A stretch of 64,000 bases of DNA from NCBI GenBank assembly GCA_034660175.1, contig JAYEIQ010000016.1:2373-66372 (forward strand), read 5' to 3'. The stretch is from Patescibacteria group bacterium (GTDB lineage Bacteria; Patescibacteriota; Minisyncoccia; Moranbacterales; DUUL01). A program made the position numbers and the translations under genes. The notes below the pieces were generated by a model that saw only the letters and a program-made list of their open reading frames with translations, made no database searches and had not been told where the DNA came from. Positions 37,235 through 47,721 of this stretch are shown here, piece by piece (the first letter of the stretch is position 1; each line of letters starts with the position of its first letter).

Positions 37235-37870
37235 TTGGCTAATTTCAAAACACACATCTGGTGGGGTGGGATTATTGGTGTCGGCATTTTGGTTGCCGGG
37301 CTTTTGACTTCGATCATATCGGGTGCAGAGACAATGGTGTGGATATTTCTTGCTGTTTTGGTCGGCTCTTTTTTGCCGGACTTGGATATTGATGAAGGTG
37401 TGCCATTTCAGATCTTGTTTGGTCTTTTAGCAGCAGGTTTGGCTGGAATGGTTTTCTTTAATTTCTATCAAGATGGAACGCGGGATCTCAAAATCTTGAT
37501 CCTGCTTCCTGTTTTGACTTTCGTGATTGTTCGTTTTGTGATTGGGAGAGTTTTTGAACGTTTCACTCATCATCGTGGTATGTTTCATTCAATTCCATCT
37601 GCAGCACTTGCGGGTGTCTTGGCTTGTTGGGCATTGAATTTTTTTGATATCAATCAAAAGCTTTGTGTGTTGGCGGGATTTGCTGTGGGAATTGGATATT
37701 TGGGACATTTGATTTTGGATGAAATCTACTCGACAATCAATTTTCATGGGTTGAAATTTTCTCCCAAGAAATCACTTGGTAGTGCAATGAAGTTCTGGTC
37801 TTCATCTCGTTTGGCAACAATCTTTGTTTATTTGGCGCTATTGGTATCATTGATTGTTTTTAATAGTTGA
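37235..37870 (+). CDS. Membrane-bound metal-dependent hydrolase, DUF457/YdjM family.
   Basis: The N-terminus FKTHIWWGGIIGVGI, a polytopic membrane layout, an HHRGMFHS motif and a C-terminal GHLILD motif are present. Confidence 0.5.
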   Translation: MANFKTHIWWGGIIGVGILVAGLLTSIISGAETMVWIFLAVLVGSFLPDLDIDEGVPFQILFGLLAAGLAGMVFFNFYQDGTRDLKILILLPVLTFVIVRFVIGRVFERFTHHRGMFHSIPSAALAGVLACWALNFFDINQKLCVLAGFAVGIGYLGHLILDEIYSTINFHGLKFSPKKSLGSAMKFWSSSRLATIFVYLALLVSLIVFNS

Positions 37871-37883
37871 TATTCTGATGGAA

Positions 37884-37914
37884 TAAAAAAATACCCATTT
37901 AAATGGGTATTTTT
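37884..37914. terminator. Bidirectional terminator: perfect 20-nt palindrome ATACCCATTTAAATGGGTAT between A7 and T4 tracts.
   Basis: It sits between convergent genes, the DUF457 gene (+) and the hemolysin III gene (-). Confidence 0.6.
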
Positions 37915-37926
37915 GTCGGAGTTTTT

Positions 37927-38622
37927 TTATCTCGCAAGATGAAATAGAATTCCAAAGAAATGTGCGGTGCTACCACCAAGCACAAAAAGATGCCAGATTG
38001 CGTGGTGAAATGGAAGGCTTTTCCAACTGAGAAAAACAAGACCCAACATATAGCTAGCGCCTCCGATCAAAAGCCAAGTGATCAGCCCAATTGGAAGTGT
38101 TTCCAACATTGGCTTCGCAGCGATTAGAATGATCCAGCCCATGACAACATACAGTACCGACAGAACTAATTCAATTTTTTGTGGAAAAATTATTCTGAGA
38201 ATAATTCCGATCAAGGCCAATCCCCAAACCACTCCAAATAAGGACCATCCCCAACCATTTCGCATCAAAATCAGAGCGATTGGAGTGTAGGTTCCCGCAA
38301 TTAAAAGAAAAATTCCCGAGTAGTCACATGTTCGAAAAAAATTAACCAATCGCTCGTCCTTGAAACCATGAAAGAGAGTGGATGAGAAATATAAAAAAAT
38401 CAGTGTTGCACCAAAAATGCTGAAACTGACAACATGCCAAGCCGTTCCATTGATTGAACCAAACACAATTAGAAGAACCAAGGCTGCAATGCTCAAACCA
38501 ACACCAATTCCATGGATGATGCTGTTGGCAACATCTTCTTTTCTGCTTTGATGTTGCAGTGAAGAAATGTGCACTTCTATGACAGCCAGTTTTTCTTTCA
38601 GTTTTTTCATTTTTAATCTCAA
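37927..38622 (-). CDS. Hemolysin III / PAQR-family channel protein.
   Basis: Seven transmembrane helices and the motifs RTCDYSGIFLLIAGTYTP and HxxxH (FHHAIWHLFVLGGSTAHFF) are present. Confidence 0.75.
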   Translation of the reverse strand: MRLKMKKLKEKLAVIEVHISSLQHQSRKEDVANSIIHGIGVGLSIAALVLLIVFGSINGTAWHVVSFSIFGATLIFLYFSSTLFHGFKDERLVNFFRTCDYSGIFLLIAGTYTPIALILMRNGWGWSLFGVVWGLALIGIILRIIFPQKIELVLSVLYVVMGWIILIAAKPMLETLPIGLITWLLIGGASYMLGLVFLSWKSLPFHHAIWHLFVLGGSTAHFFGILFHLAR

Positions 38623-38799
38623 AAATATAGATTATTTCTATGATAACTCTCAATCTCATATACGTCCAATGAAGTGTGTAAAGTTGGACATTGATGCTAA
38701 AAATTGCGATAATGGAGCTTTATTACAAGATAAGCATGTTCTTTTAGGCTAAGTGTAAACGTTTTATTGCTCAAAACAGACCAACATGGAGGGAGAATT

Positions 38800-38913
38800 A
38801 TGATGAAAAGAGAAATAATCTTGGTGCTGGTTTTGTTTTCAGTTTTGCTCTCAATTTCTTGTGAAAGAAAGCTGGTTTATCTGGAGTCGACATTAAATCG
38901 TTCTTGTGTGTGA
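38800..38913 (+). CDS. Candidate 37-aa secreted or membrane-anchored peptide (MMKREIILVLVLFSVLLSISCERKLVYLESTLNRSCV).
   Basis: A GGAGGGAG SD lies 6 nt upstream of the start. A signal-like hydrophobic core and two Cys residues are present. Confidence 0.3.
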   Translation: MMKREIILVLVLFSVLLSISCERKLVYLESTLNRSCV

Positions 38914-38968
38914 AAGAGTTAGTTGTTTTGCAGAAACATGAAGAATTTATGGGTGGACTTCCTTTTTC

Positions 38969-39447
38969 CTATGAAGTCTCTACCTTGATCTCGATGAATT
39001 TGGCTTTTGTCTCTGTCTCACCAACAATAAGCTCTTTTTTGGCAATTGCCTTATTTTTGGTGACCATGGTCAATTTACGAGAAGCGATAACATCATCGAA
39101 AGCATTTGTTACTTTCTTGCTAGGTTGAGGATCAGTGGCTTTGGTATCGATGATGTCCAAACTATATTCCTCAAATTTCTCGTCAAATGTTTTTTTGATG
39201 GTTTCTCTGATTTTCTAAAGATTTTACCCATTGATATTCTGTCACCGGCATCTCGTGCTTTATTTTTGAGATAGGCACCGATTTGCTTCTTTATTTCCAG
39301 TCCATAGAAGGTGAGATTGATTGAGCCATCATAATCTTTTGCACAGTATTGCACTGTGACGGGAATGATGAGAATAGCATTGTCGGTTATCGTTAGCGTG
39401 ACATCGATTTTGAGTGTCAACACTTTCTCGTTTTGTTTGCTGGCCAC
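38969..39447 (-). pseudogene. Probable frameshifted gene fragment of a hypothetical ~170-aa protein.
   Basis: Two overlapping minus-strand ORFs (39447-39109 and 39160-38969, the latter with a TTG start) are involved. The second frame stays open upstream to 39214 (…KIRETIKKTFDEFEKFEEYS-LDIIDTK…). A 1-nt shift near 39205-39225 would join them. Confidence 0.3.
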
Positions 39448-39848
39448 TATGTCGATTGGTCAGGGTTCTTTGATGTTGAGGCCAGAATGGCAAACCTTTT
39501 CGTTGTTTGCCGAGTCTTTGTCATCTTTACTGACGTTGTTCTTATGATTATAAGTATCGCGCAAATCTCAAAGAAAACGATTGATTCAAGAAGAATGGAA
39601 ATAATCTAGCTGATGATACAGAGTGAATGGTTTCCGTGCATAATAAATCCTTTTTTCAATGTAAGAGAATCGGCTTTATCAAACAAAACGTTGTGATTGA
39701 TGAGAAATTTTCTCAACTGCAAAACATAGCAAGAAAAAAAGAATTGTCGAGGATATTTTTAACAATAAGTATTGCGTCTTGTGGCTATTGCACAAGGAAA
39801 ATAAAGCGTGTAAGCTGATTGTTAAGATAAAAAATTTGAAAAAAACAA

Positions 39849-40133
39849 ATGTTCAGACCAACGCTTACAATAAAAGTTGAATATCCAAAGATAGAACTGG
39901 AGCTTCAGGGTGAAAAGAGCGAGGTGATCGATGTTCAGGAATGGGAAGAAAATAATGATCTCTCTGGGACTCTTTTGGCTGGTATTGACAAACTTTTAAC
40001 GAGGAATAAAATAGAGGTAAGTCATCTTGCAAAAATTGATGTTAAAACTCAGCAAGTAAGATATACATCATCTAGAATATCAAAAGCCGTTGCACAAACG
40101 GTGAATTACTGTTTGGGTCTTGACAGGGAATAG
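39849..40133 (+). CDS. Hypothetical 94-aa protein.
   Basis: It is an ORF with a plausible composition, and I recognise no family. Confidence 0.3.
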   Translation: MFRPTLTIKVEYPKIELELQGEKSEVIDVQEWEENNDLSGTLLAGIDKLLTRNKIEVSHLAKIDVKTQQVRYTSSRISKAVAQTVNYCLGLDRE

Positions 40134-40173
40134 AAAACGTGTATACTGATAACTACCACAAGAAAAAGCACGC

Positions 40174-40202
40174 TTGACGAAAGAAAAACAGAAAAATATA
40201 AG
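40174..40202 (+). promoter_or_regulatory. Sigma70-like promoter TTGACG, 17 nt, TATAAG preceding a ~250-nt rpoB leader.
   Basis: The -35 lies at 40174-40179 and the -10 at 40197-40202. Confidence 0.35.
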
Positions 40203-40463
40203 TAAACTTGTCGCAAAAGCTTGTTTCTATTTTTCTATTTCAGTTTAGGGGTTTGGAGCGTTTTGCTTCAAAGAAGGGCGACTGTACAATTTAGTGAGTT
40301 TCGACAAAGAAAGACCACTACCGTGGTTATATAAGTTTTATTTTCTTCTCTTTCTCAATGTTCAAGAGAAGCACCAACTAAACAATTTAAAGTCATTTGT
40401 TAATCGGCGCGACTGATTGCTTTTTTGTGTCTCAAAGCAGTTAGGGGTGCACATTTTCACAAT

Positions 40464-43400
40464 ATGAAAAAAGCTACTACCGTAAAAAAGGATCTCGTTG
40501 TCAAGTCTCAATTTGGAACTCATTCAAGTCTTTCGAAAAGGAAATTTTTTCAAAGTCGATCGATGGTTTCTCTCCCAAACTTGATTGAGTCTCAAATCAA
40601 TTCATATAATTGGTTTTTAGAGGAAGGATTGCGAGAAATTTTGGATGAAATCTCACCAGTTGAAGATTTTACTGGAAAAGAGATGGAAATGACTTTTGGG
40701 GAACACTATCTTGACGAGCCAAAATATGACGAGTTGACTGCAAAAGAGAAGAACATCTCATATGATGCTCCTCTTCGTGTGCAGGCGAATCTTTTGATCA
40801 AGAAAACAGGCGAGATCAGAGAGCAGGAAATTTTCTTGGCAGATTTTCCTCTGATGACGGAAAGAGGAACTTTTATTATAAACGGTGTGGAACGTGTTGT
40901 TGTCTCCCAGCTTATTCGAAGCCCGGGAGTGTTTTTTACTATGGTTTATACAAAAGGAAAGAAGTTGTTTGGAGCGAAAGTAATTCCAAACCGTGGTGCT
41001 TGGCTTGAAATTGAAACAGATTTTGATGGTGCTGTTTGGGCAAAAATTGATAGAAAAAGAAAAGTCCCAATCTCGTCACTTTTGCGTGTTTTTGGTTTGA
41101 AAACTGATGAAGAAATCATCAAAGCTTTTGCAAAAGAAGATAACGGTGAGGTTTCGTTCATTAAACAAACTCTTGAGAAAGACACAGCAAAAAGCCAGGG
41201 TGAGGCATACAAAGAAATATATAAAAGACTTCGACCGGGAGATCTGGCTACGGAGGAAAATGCAAAGCAAATGATCAGTAGCATTTTCTTTAGCTATGAC
41301 AGATATGACTTCGGAAAAGTTGGTCGTTATCGATTGAATTTGCGATTGGGAATGAACAAGGATGAGAAAAAAGAGGAGAACAGAATTCTTGGCAAACAGG
41401 AAATGATCATGATTGTCAAAGAAATCATCAATCTGAACAATAATCCGCTTGCTCAGTCAGATGACATTGATCATCTTGGAAACAGAAGACTGCGAGGTAT
41501 TGGAGAATTGGTTCAAAATAAAGTTCGTGTCGGATTGGCGCGAATGGTGCGAAACGTGAAAGATAGAATGAGCACATGTGACGTTACTATTGTTACTCAT
41601 GGACAATTAGTCAATCCACGACCAGTTGCTGCCTCGATTAAGGAGTTCTTTTCATCTTCTCAGTTGTCGCAGTTCATGGATCAGGTCAACCCACTTGCAG
41701 AACTCGAGCACAAAAGAAGGTTGAGTGCAATGGGGCCAGGAGGATTGACCCGAGAACGAGCTGGATTTGAAGTTCGTGATGTGCACACATCTCACTATGG
41801 AAGAATTTGCCCTGTGCAAACACCTGAAGGACCAAACATTGGTTTGGTTGGTCACTTGGCATGCTATGCGAGAGTCAATGAATATGGATTCATTGAAACT
41901 CCATATCGAGAAGTGAGGAAAACAATTGCAAAAAATGACAAGCTTGCAGTGGGAAGAGTTTTGACAGAGACAGTTAAAAGCAAAACAGGAAAAGTACTAT
42001 TTAAAACAGGAGAGAACATTACCAATGAGAACGTGAAAGAGTTGAAAAAAGCAGCAGAAGATACGATCAAAGTTCTTCCGTTCGTTTCTGGAGTAATCCA
42101 CTATTTGAATGCAACAACTGAGGAAAAGAAAAATATTGCTCATGCAGGAATTGAAGTTGACGAAAATGAAAACGTCACTGAAGGGATTGTTGGAGCTCGT
42201 GTCAAAAGCGAAGCTTCCACTGTTTCAGCAAAAGATCTTGACTATGTTGATGTCTCCTCAAAGCAGTGTATTTCTGTTGCAACTAGCCTGATTCCATTCT
42301 TGGAGCATGATGATGCAAACCGAGCATTGATGGGTTCAAACATGCAACGTCAAGCTGTTTCTTGTATCATTCCTGATTCTCCACTTGTTGGAACAGGACT
42401 GGAAGACAAGGCTGCAGCAGATTCAGGACAGGTTGTTTTGTCGAAAGAGGAAGGTGAAATTGTTGAAGTTGACGCAGAGCATATTGTTGTTCGACAAAAA
42501 CCGGAGAAAAAAGGAAAGAAGGCGAATAGAACTACGTATCAATTGCAAAGCTTTGAAAAATCAAATGCCTTCACCTCCATGAACCAGGTGCCAAGAGTTG
42601 AAAAAGGACAACAAGTCAAAAAAGGAGATTTGCTGGCTGACGGTGCCTCAACGGATCATGGAGAATTGGCACTTGGACGAAATGTTTTGGTTGCTTTCAT
42701 GCCTTGGGAAGGATATAACTATGAAGATGCGATTATTATTTCTGAAAAACTTTTGCACAATGATGCATATAGTTCAATTCACATTGAAGACTTTTCTGTT
42801 GATGTTCGTGACACAAAACTTGGACCAGAGGTTGTCACAAGGGATATTCCAAATATAGGAGAAGATCGTCTGAAAAATCTTGATGAAACGGGAATTATCA
42901 GAATCGGAGCGGAAGTCAACTCTGGTGACATTTTGATTGGAAAAGTTACACTCAAGGGAGAAGGAGACTTGACTGCTGAAGAGCGATTACTCAGAGCGAT
43001 CTTTGGTGAAAAATCACGTGATGTTAAGGACACTTCACTTTATTTACCACATGGAAAGAGCGGAAAAGTTGTGGACATCAAAATCTTCTCACGTGAGCAG
43101 GGAGACAAGCTTCCAGCTGGTGTGATTCAGCAAATTCAAGTTTCAATTGCTCAGTTCAGAAGAATATCTGTTGGTGACAAACTTGCTGGACGACACGGAA
43201 ACAAAGGTGTGATCTCAAAGATCGCTCAAATGGAAGACATGCCATATTTGCCAGATGGAACTCCGGTTGAGATGATTTTAACTCCTCTTGGTGTGCCTTC
43301 AAGAATGAACATTGGACAGATATTCGAAACTCATCTTGGATGGGCAGCGCATCATCTTGGATATAAGGTGGCTTCTCCGTCATTGAGTGGTGTTCGAATT

Positions 43401-43937
43401 GATCAGATCAAAGATGAATTGAAGAAAGCTGGTTTGCCGGAGGATGGAAAAATGCAACTTTCAAATGGAAAAACTGGAGAGCAGTTTGATATGAAAACAA
43501 TGGTCGGATATATGTATGTCATGAAACTGAACCACCTTGTGGAAGATAAAATGCATATGCGCTCAATTGGACCATACTCACTGATAACTCAACAACCTTT
43601 GGGTGGAAAAGCTCAATTTGGTGGTCAGAGATTTGGAGAAATGGAAGTGTGGGCGCTTGAGGGTTATGGTGCAGCATACACATTGCAGGAAATGTTGACT
43701 ATCAAGTCGGATGATGTTTTGGGAAGATCTCGAGCTTATGAGTCTATTATCAAGGGTGACCCAATTAAGCCTCCAACAGTGCCAGCAGCTTTCCATGTGT
43801 TGGTCAATGAATTGAAGGCGCTTTCACTTGAAGTGAATTTGCTCAACAAAGAAGGAAAAGAATTTTCTCAGTCATTCGAAAATGAAGAAAGAAGAAGAGA
43901 AGATGAAAAACGAGAAAGAAGGGAAAGAGAAAACTAA
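40464..43937 (+). CDS. rpoB: DNA-directed RNA polymerase subunit beta.
   Basis: The full-length protein is collinear with RpoB and has motifs such as GRYRLNLRLG and NMQRQAV. The Met at 40464 (MKKATT) is preferred over the ORF start at 40425. Confidence 0.95.
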   Translation: MKKATTVKKDLVVKSQFGTHSSLSKRKFFQSRSMVSLPNLIESQINSYNWFLEEGLREILDEISPVEDFTGKEMEMTFGEHYLDEPKYDELTAKEKNISYDAPLRVQANLLIKKTGEIREQEIFLADFPLMTERGTFIINGVERVVVSQLIRSPGVFFTMVYTKGKKLFGAKVIPNRGAWLEIETDFDGAVWAKIDRKRKVPISSLLRVFGLKTDEEIIKAFAKEDNGEVSFIKQTLEKDTAKSQGEAYKEIYKRLRPGDLATEENAKQMISSIFFSYDRYDFGKVGRYRLNLRLGMNKDEKKEENRILGKQEMIMIVKEIINLNNNPLAQSDDIDHLGNRRLRGIGELVQNKVRVGLARMVRNVKDRMSTCDVTIVTHGQLVNPRPVAASIKEFFSSSQLSQFMDQVNPLAELEHKRRLSAMGPGGLTRERAGFEVRDVHTSHYGRICPVQTPEGPNIGLVGHLACYARVNEYGFIETPYREVRKTIAKNDKLAVGRVLTETVKSKTGKVLFKTGENITNENVKELKKAAEDTIKVLPFVSGVIHYLNATTEEKKNIAHAGIEVDENENVTEGIVGARVKSEASTVSAKDLDYVDVSSKQCISVATSLIPFLEHDDANRALMGSNMQRQAVSCIIPDSPLVGTGLEDKAAADSGQVVLSKEEGEIVEVDAEHIVVRQKPEKKGKKANRTTYQLQSFEKSNAFTSMNQVPRVEKGQQVKKGDLLADGASTDHGELALGRNVLVAFMPWEGYNYEDAIIISEKLLHNDAYSSIHIEDFSVDVRDTKLGPEVVTRDIPNIGEDRLKNLDETGIIRIGAEVNSGDILIGKVTLKGEGDLTAEERLLRAIFGEKSRDVKDTSLYLPHGKSGKVVDIKIFSREQGDKLPAGVIQQIQVSIAQFRRISVGDKLAGRHGNKGVISKIAQMEDMPYLPDGTPVEMILTPLGVPSRMNIGQIFETHLGWAAHHLGYKVASPSLSGVRIDQIKDELKKAGLPEDGKMQLSNGKTGEQFDMKTMVGYMYVMKLNHLVEDKMHMRSIGPYSLITQQPLGGKAQFGGQRFGEMEVWALEGYGAAYTLQEMLTIKSDDVLGRSRAYESIIKGDPIKPPTVPAAFHVLVNELKALSLEVNLLNKEGKEFSQSFENEERRREDEKRERREREN

Positions 43938-43992
43938 ATTCTGAGAAAACTTGATCCTAACAAAACTAACACTTTAAATAGACACAAATCCA

Positions 43993-46900
43993 ATGACGGA
44001 AAACATAACAAAAATTTCAGATTTTGGAGCAGTTCAATTGAGGATTGCATCTCCTGAGACCATTCTTGAATGGTCAACTGGCGAAGTCACAAAGCCGGAG
44101 ACAATCAACTATAGAACGCAAAGATTTGAGAAAGACGGACTCTTTTGTGAGAAAACTTTTGGTCCATCAAAGGACTGGGAGTGTTATTGTGGAAAATACA
44201 AAAGAATTCGATATAAAGGGATTGTTTGTGATAAATGTGGAGTGGAAGTGACCAAGTCAATTGTGCGCCGTGAAAGAATGGGGCACATAGCACTTGCAGT
44301 TCCCGTGTCACATATTTGGTTTATGCGAGGTGTTCCGTCAAGAGTTGGGTTGGTTTTGGATTTGTCAGTTCAAGAACTTGAAAAGGTTATCTATTTTGCA
44401 AGTTATATTGTGACCTCAGTGAACGAAGAAGCGAGAATTGATGCTCTCAAAGAACTCGAAAAAGAATACAAGGCAACGATGAAAACTGCGAAAGGAGCAG
44501 ACGAAAAAGCAGAGGTAAAAGGAATCTATCAGAAAAACAAAGACAGTCTGAAGAGCTTGCAACACAAATTCACTCTGTCAGAAGTTGACTATCACAATAT
44601 TTCAAGAAAGTTTGGTCATGTTTTTGAGGCGTCTATTGGTGCTGAAGCAATTGATCATCTTTTGAGGGAAGTTGATTTGACGAAGGAAATCACAACATTG
44701 AAAAGGAAGCTGGCGGAAGGTCAAGGAATTGACAAGAAGAGATTTTCAAAAAGACTCAAGGTTTTGGCTGGTTTCAAGCAGGCAAAAATAAAACCTGAAT
44801 GGATGATGTTGAAAGTAATTCCAGTGATTCCTCCAGATCTTCGACCAATGGTGCAATTGAATGGTGGGAGGTTTGCAACTTCAGATCTAAATGATTTGTA
44901 TCGGAGAATTATTAACAGGAATAATCGACTCAAGAGATTGATTGAATTGAGTGCTCCTGAAGTGATTCAAAGAAATGAAAAAAGAATGCTTCAAGAAGCT
45001 GTTGACGCATTGATTGACAACAGTTCACGAAGAAGTCAGGCACAAGTTGCTGCTTCAACAGGACAAAGAAGAGCACTTAAATCTGTTGCTGACATGCTTA
45101 AAGGAAAACAGGGACGTTTTCGACAAAACTTGCTGGGAAAACGTGTCGACTATTCTGGACGAAGTGTTATTGTTATTGGACCAAAATTGCAACTTCATCA
45201 GTGTGGAATTCCAAAGAAAATGGCACTGGAACTATTCAAGCCTTTTATCATTCACAGGCTGATTGAAAAGGAATATGCACACAATGTTCGAACGGCTGGA
45301 CGTATGGTGGATGCAGAAAGGGAAGAAGCATACGAAATGTTGGATGAGATTATTGGTAATCACTACGTTTTGCTCAATCGTGCTCCAACTTTGCACAGAC
45401 TTTCGATACAGGCATTTCAGCCTGTTCTCATCGAAGGAAAAGCTATTCAGATTCATCCATTGGTGTGTAGCGCTTTCAATGCTGACTTTGATGGTGACCA
45501 GATGGCTGTTCATGTTCCGCTCACGCAGAAAGCACGAAAGGAAAGTGCAGAGATCATGCTTTCAAGTAAGAACCTTCTTAAGCCTGCTAGTGGTGACCCG
45601 ATTATAACTCCTTCGCAGGATATTGTTCTGGGTGTTTATTATTTGACAAAAATTATTGATGGTTTGAAGGGAGAAGGAATGATATTTGGAAGCACAGAGG
45701 AGATTATTCGTACATATCAAATGGATATCATCAAACTGAGATCAAAAGTTAACCTATACTTGGAGGGTGAAAAAATCGAAACCTCTGCAGGAAGATCACT
45801 GCTTAATGATATTCTTCCCGAAAGAATGAAATATGTTAATAGGGAAATGACGAAGGGTGATCTCAAAGAGCTTATTGCTGATTTTTTGCAGAACGAGGGA
45901 AGCGAAAATACTGCAAACTTTGTGAACCAACTCAAGGATCTTGGTTTCAGTTATGTGACTCAGTCTGGTATTAGTCTTGGAATGGATGATTTCCAGGAAC
46001 CTGAAGAAAAATATCAGTTGTTTGATGAGGCTGATGAAAGAGTTCAAGAACTTCATGACCAACACGAAGCAGGACTTTTAACTGAGGATGAAAGAAGAAC
46101 CAAAGTTGTCGAAGTTTGGAACGATACAAAAGGGAAAGTTGCTGAACATGTGAAAAATTCAATTGATCCAAATGGTTCAATACATGCTATGATCCATTCA
46201 AAAGCTCGTGGAAGTGAGGCAGTTGTTGTCCAGATGACTGGAATGAAAGGTTTGGTTGCAGGACCAACTGGTGAAACCATTGAACTTCCGATCAAGGGGT
46301 CTTTGAAGGGCGGATACAACGTTTTGGAATATTTCATATCAACTCACGGTGCTCGAAAAGGTATGGCAGACACCGCTCTTCGAACTGCGACTGCTGGATA
46401 CCTGACTCGTCGTCTTGTTGATGTTGGTCAGGATGTGGTCATTCGTGAAGACGATTGTGGAGACAAAGAAGGTGCCTATATCTATCGAGAGGACTCAGAG
46501 CAAATTGGACAAAGCTTTGCTTCTCGAGTTGAAGGACGTGTGACATTGGAAGTGGTTAAAAATCCAAAAACATCAAAGAAAATTGTTGGAGAAGGCAAAT
46601 TGGTTAATTCAAAACAGGCTCAAGAAATTGAAGATACTGGAGTTGAAAAAGTAAAGATTCGAAATTTGGTTACATGCAGAACTTCAAGAGGGGTCTGCAA
46701 AAAATGTTACGGAAAAGATCTTGGAAGAGACAAGCTGGTTAATCTTGGACAGGCCGTTGGAGTTGTTGCAGCTCAAGCGATTGGTGAGCCTGGAACACAG
46801 TTGACGATGCGTACTTTTCACATTGGTGGTGTTGCCGGAACAGACATTACTCAGGGTCTTCCAAGAGTTGAGGAGATCTTTGAAGCTCGGCCACCAAAAG

Positions 46901-47604
46901 CAGAGGCAATGATCTCTGAAGTTGATGGAAAAGTTACTGAAATTGTTGAGCAGAAAAAGCAGAAGATCGTCACAATCGAGAAGGATTCTACTGGCAACTC
47001 AAAGAAAATTGAGACGAAAGAGTACTCTATTCCTGCAGTTATGAACTTGAAGGTTGAAAAAGGTGATTTGGTCACAACCGGACAAGTTCTTTCTGAGGGA
47101 CATCTCGATCTCAAGAAGTTGTTTAAGATAGCCGGTCGTGACACAATTCACAGATATATCACTCAAGAAGTGCAGGAGATTTATCAGACACAAGGTGAGG
47201 GAATTGACGATAAGCACATCGAGATTATTATTCGACAGATGCTTTCAAGGGTGAAAATTTCTGATCCAGGAGACACAGATCTTTTGGTAGGTGATGTGGT
47301 TGAGTATGAGAAGTTCAATGAAGTGAACAACAAAGCAAAAGCAGATAAAAAAGTGGAAGCAACGGGGGAAAGATTGGTTCTTGGAATTTCGAAAGTTGCT
47401 CTTTCGACTGATAGCTTTTTATCAGCAGCGTCTTTCCAAGAAACTGCCAGAGTTTTAATTGATGCTTCTTCACAAGGGAAAGTTGATCACTTGAGAGGTT
47501 TGAAAGAGAATGTGATTATCGGTAAACTTATTCCAGCTGGAACGGGATATCAAGATGGTGCAGCTGCTGAGGAAATTGAAGAAGCAGCTGAAGTTGCAAA
47601 GTAG
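43993..47604 (+). CDS. rpoC: DNA-directed RNA polymerase subunit beta'.
   Basis: Zn-finger CYCGKYKRIRYKGIVCDKCG and the catalytic NADFDGDQMAVHVP motif are present. Confidence 0.95.
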   Translation: MTENITKISDFGAVQLRIASPETILEWSTGEVTKPETINYRTQRFEKDGLFCEKTFGPSKDWECYCGKYKRIRYKGIVCDKCGVEVTKSIVRRERMGHIALAVPVSHIWFMRGVPSRVGLVLDLSVQELEKVIYFASYIVTSVNEEARIDALKELEKEYKATMKTAKGADEKAEVKGIYQKNKDSLKSLQHKFTLSEVDYHNISRKFGHVFEASIGAEAIDHLLREVDLTKEITTLKRKLAEGQGIDKKRFSKRLKVLAGFKQAKIKPEWMMLKVIPVIPPDLRPMVQLNGGRFATSDLNDLYRRIINRNNRLKRLIELSAPEVIQRNEKRMLQEAVDALIDNSSRRSQAQVAASTGQRRALKSVADMLKGKQGRFRQNLLGKRVDYSGRSVIVIGPKLQLHQCGIPKKMALELFKPFIIHRLIEKEYAHNVRTAGRMVDAEREEAYEMLDEIIGNHYVLLNRAPTLHRLSIQAFQPVLIEGKAIQIHPLVCSAFNADFDGDQMAVHVPLTQKARKESAEIMLSSKNLLKPASGDPIITPSQDIVLGVYYLTKIIDGLKGEGMIFGSTEEIIRTYQMDIIKLRSKVNLYLEGEKIETSAGRSLLNDILPERMKYVNREMTKGDLKELIADFLQNEGSENTANFVNQLKDLGFSYVTQSGISLGMDDFQEPEEKYQLFDEADERVQELHDQHEAGLLTEDERRTKVVEVWNDTKGKVAEHVKNSIDPNGSIHAMIHSKARGSEAVVVQMTGMKGLVAGPTGETIELPIKGSLKGGYNVLEYFISTHGARKGMADTALRTATAGYLTRRLVDVGQDVVIREDDCGDKEGAYIYREDSEQIGQSFASRVEGRVTLEVVKNPKTSKKIVGEGKLVNSKQAQEIEDTGVEKVKIRNLVTCRTSRGVCKKCYGKDLGRDKLVNLGQAVGVVAAQAIGEPGTQLTMRTFHIGGVAGTDITQGLPRVEEIFEARPPKAEAMISEVDGKVTEIVEQKKQKIVTIEKDSTGNSKKIETKEYSIPAVMNLKVEKGDLVTTGQVLSEGHLDLKKLFKIAGRDTIHRYITQEVQEIYQTQGEGIDDKHIEIIIRQMLSRVKISDPGDTDLLVGDVVEYEKFNEVNNKAKADKKVEATGERLVLGISKVALSTDSFLSAASFQETARVLIDASSQGKVDHLRGLKENVIIGKLIPAGTGYQDGAAAEEIEEAAEVAK

Positions 47605-47632
47605 ATATTCAAAATTGCAAAGCGCTCTATAT

Positions 47633-47663
47633 AAAATATCCCGATTACTCGGGATATTTTTTT
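47633..47663. terminator. Bidirectional terminator ATATCCCGA ttac TCGGGATAT with an A-run before it and a T7 run after it.
   Basis: It lies downstream of the rpoC stop at 47604. Confidence 0.65.
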
Positions 47664-47675
47664 GATCAAACAAAA

Positions 47676-47694
47676 ACCGGGAACATATCCCGGT
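47676..47694 (-). terminator. Terminator hairpin ACCGGG aacatat CCCGGT for minus-strand rpsT, followed on the minus strand by a T-rich tract.
   Basis: It lies immediately downstream, in the minus sense, of the rpsT stop. Confidence 0.5.
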
Positions 47695-47721
47695 AAACTG
47701 AAAATCAAAGGTGTTAGCAAA

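Noticed and set aside
38904-39818. Plus-strand ORFs 38904-39128, 39356-39547 and 39627-39818 (63-74 aa).
   Set aside because: They overlap the better-supported minus-strand decayed gene in antisense, or lie in an eroded region. Their hydrophobic, low-complexity translations have no SD.
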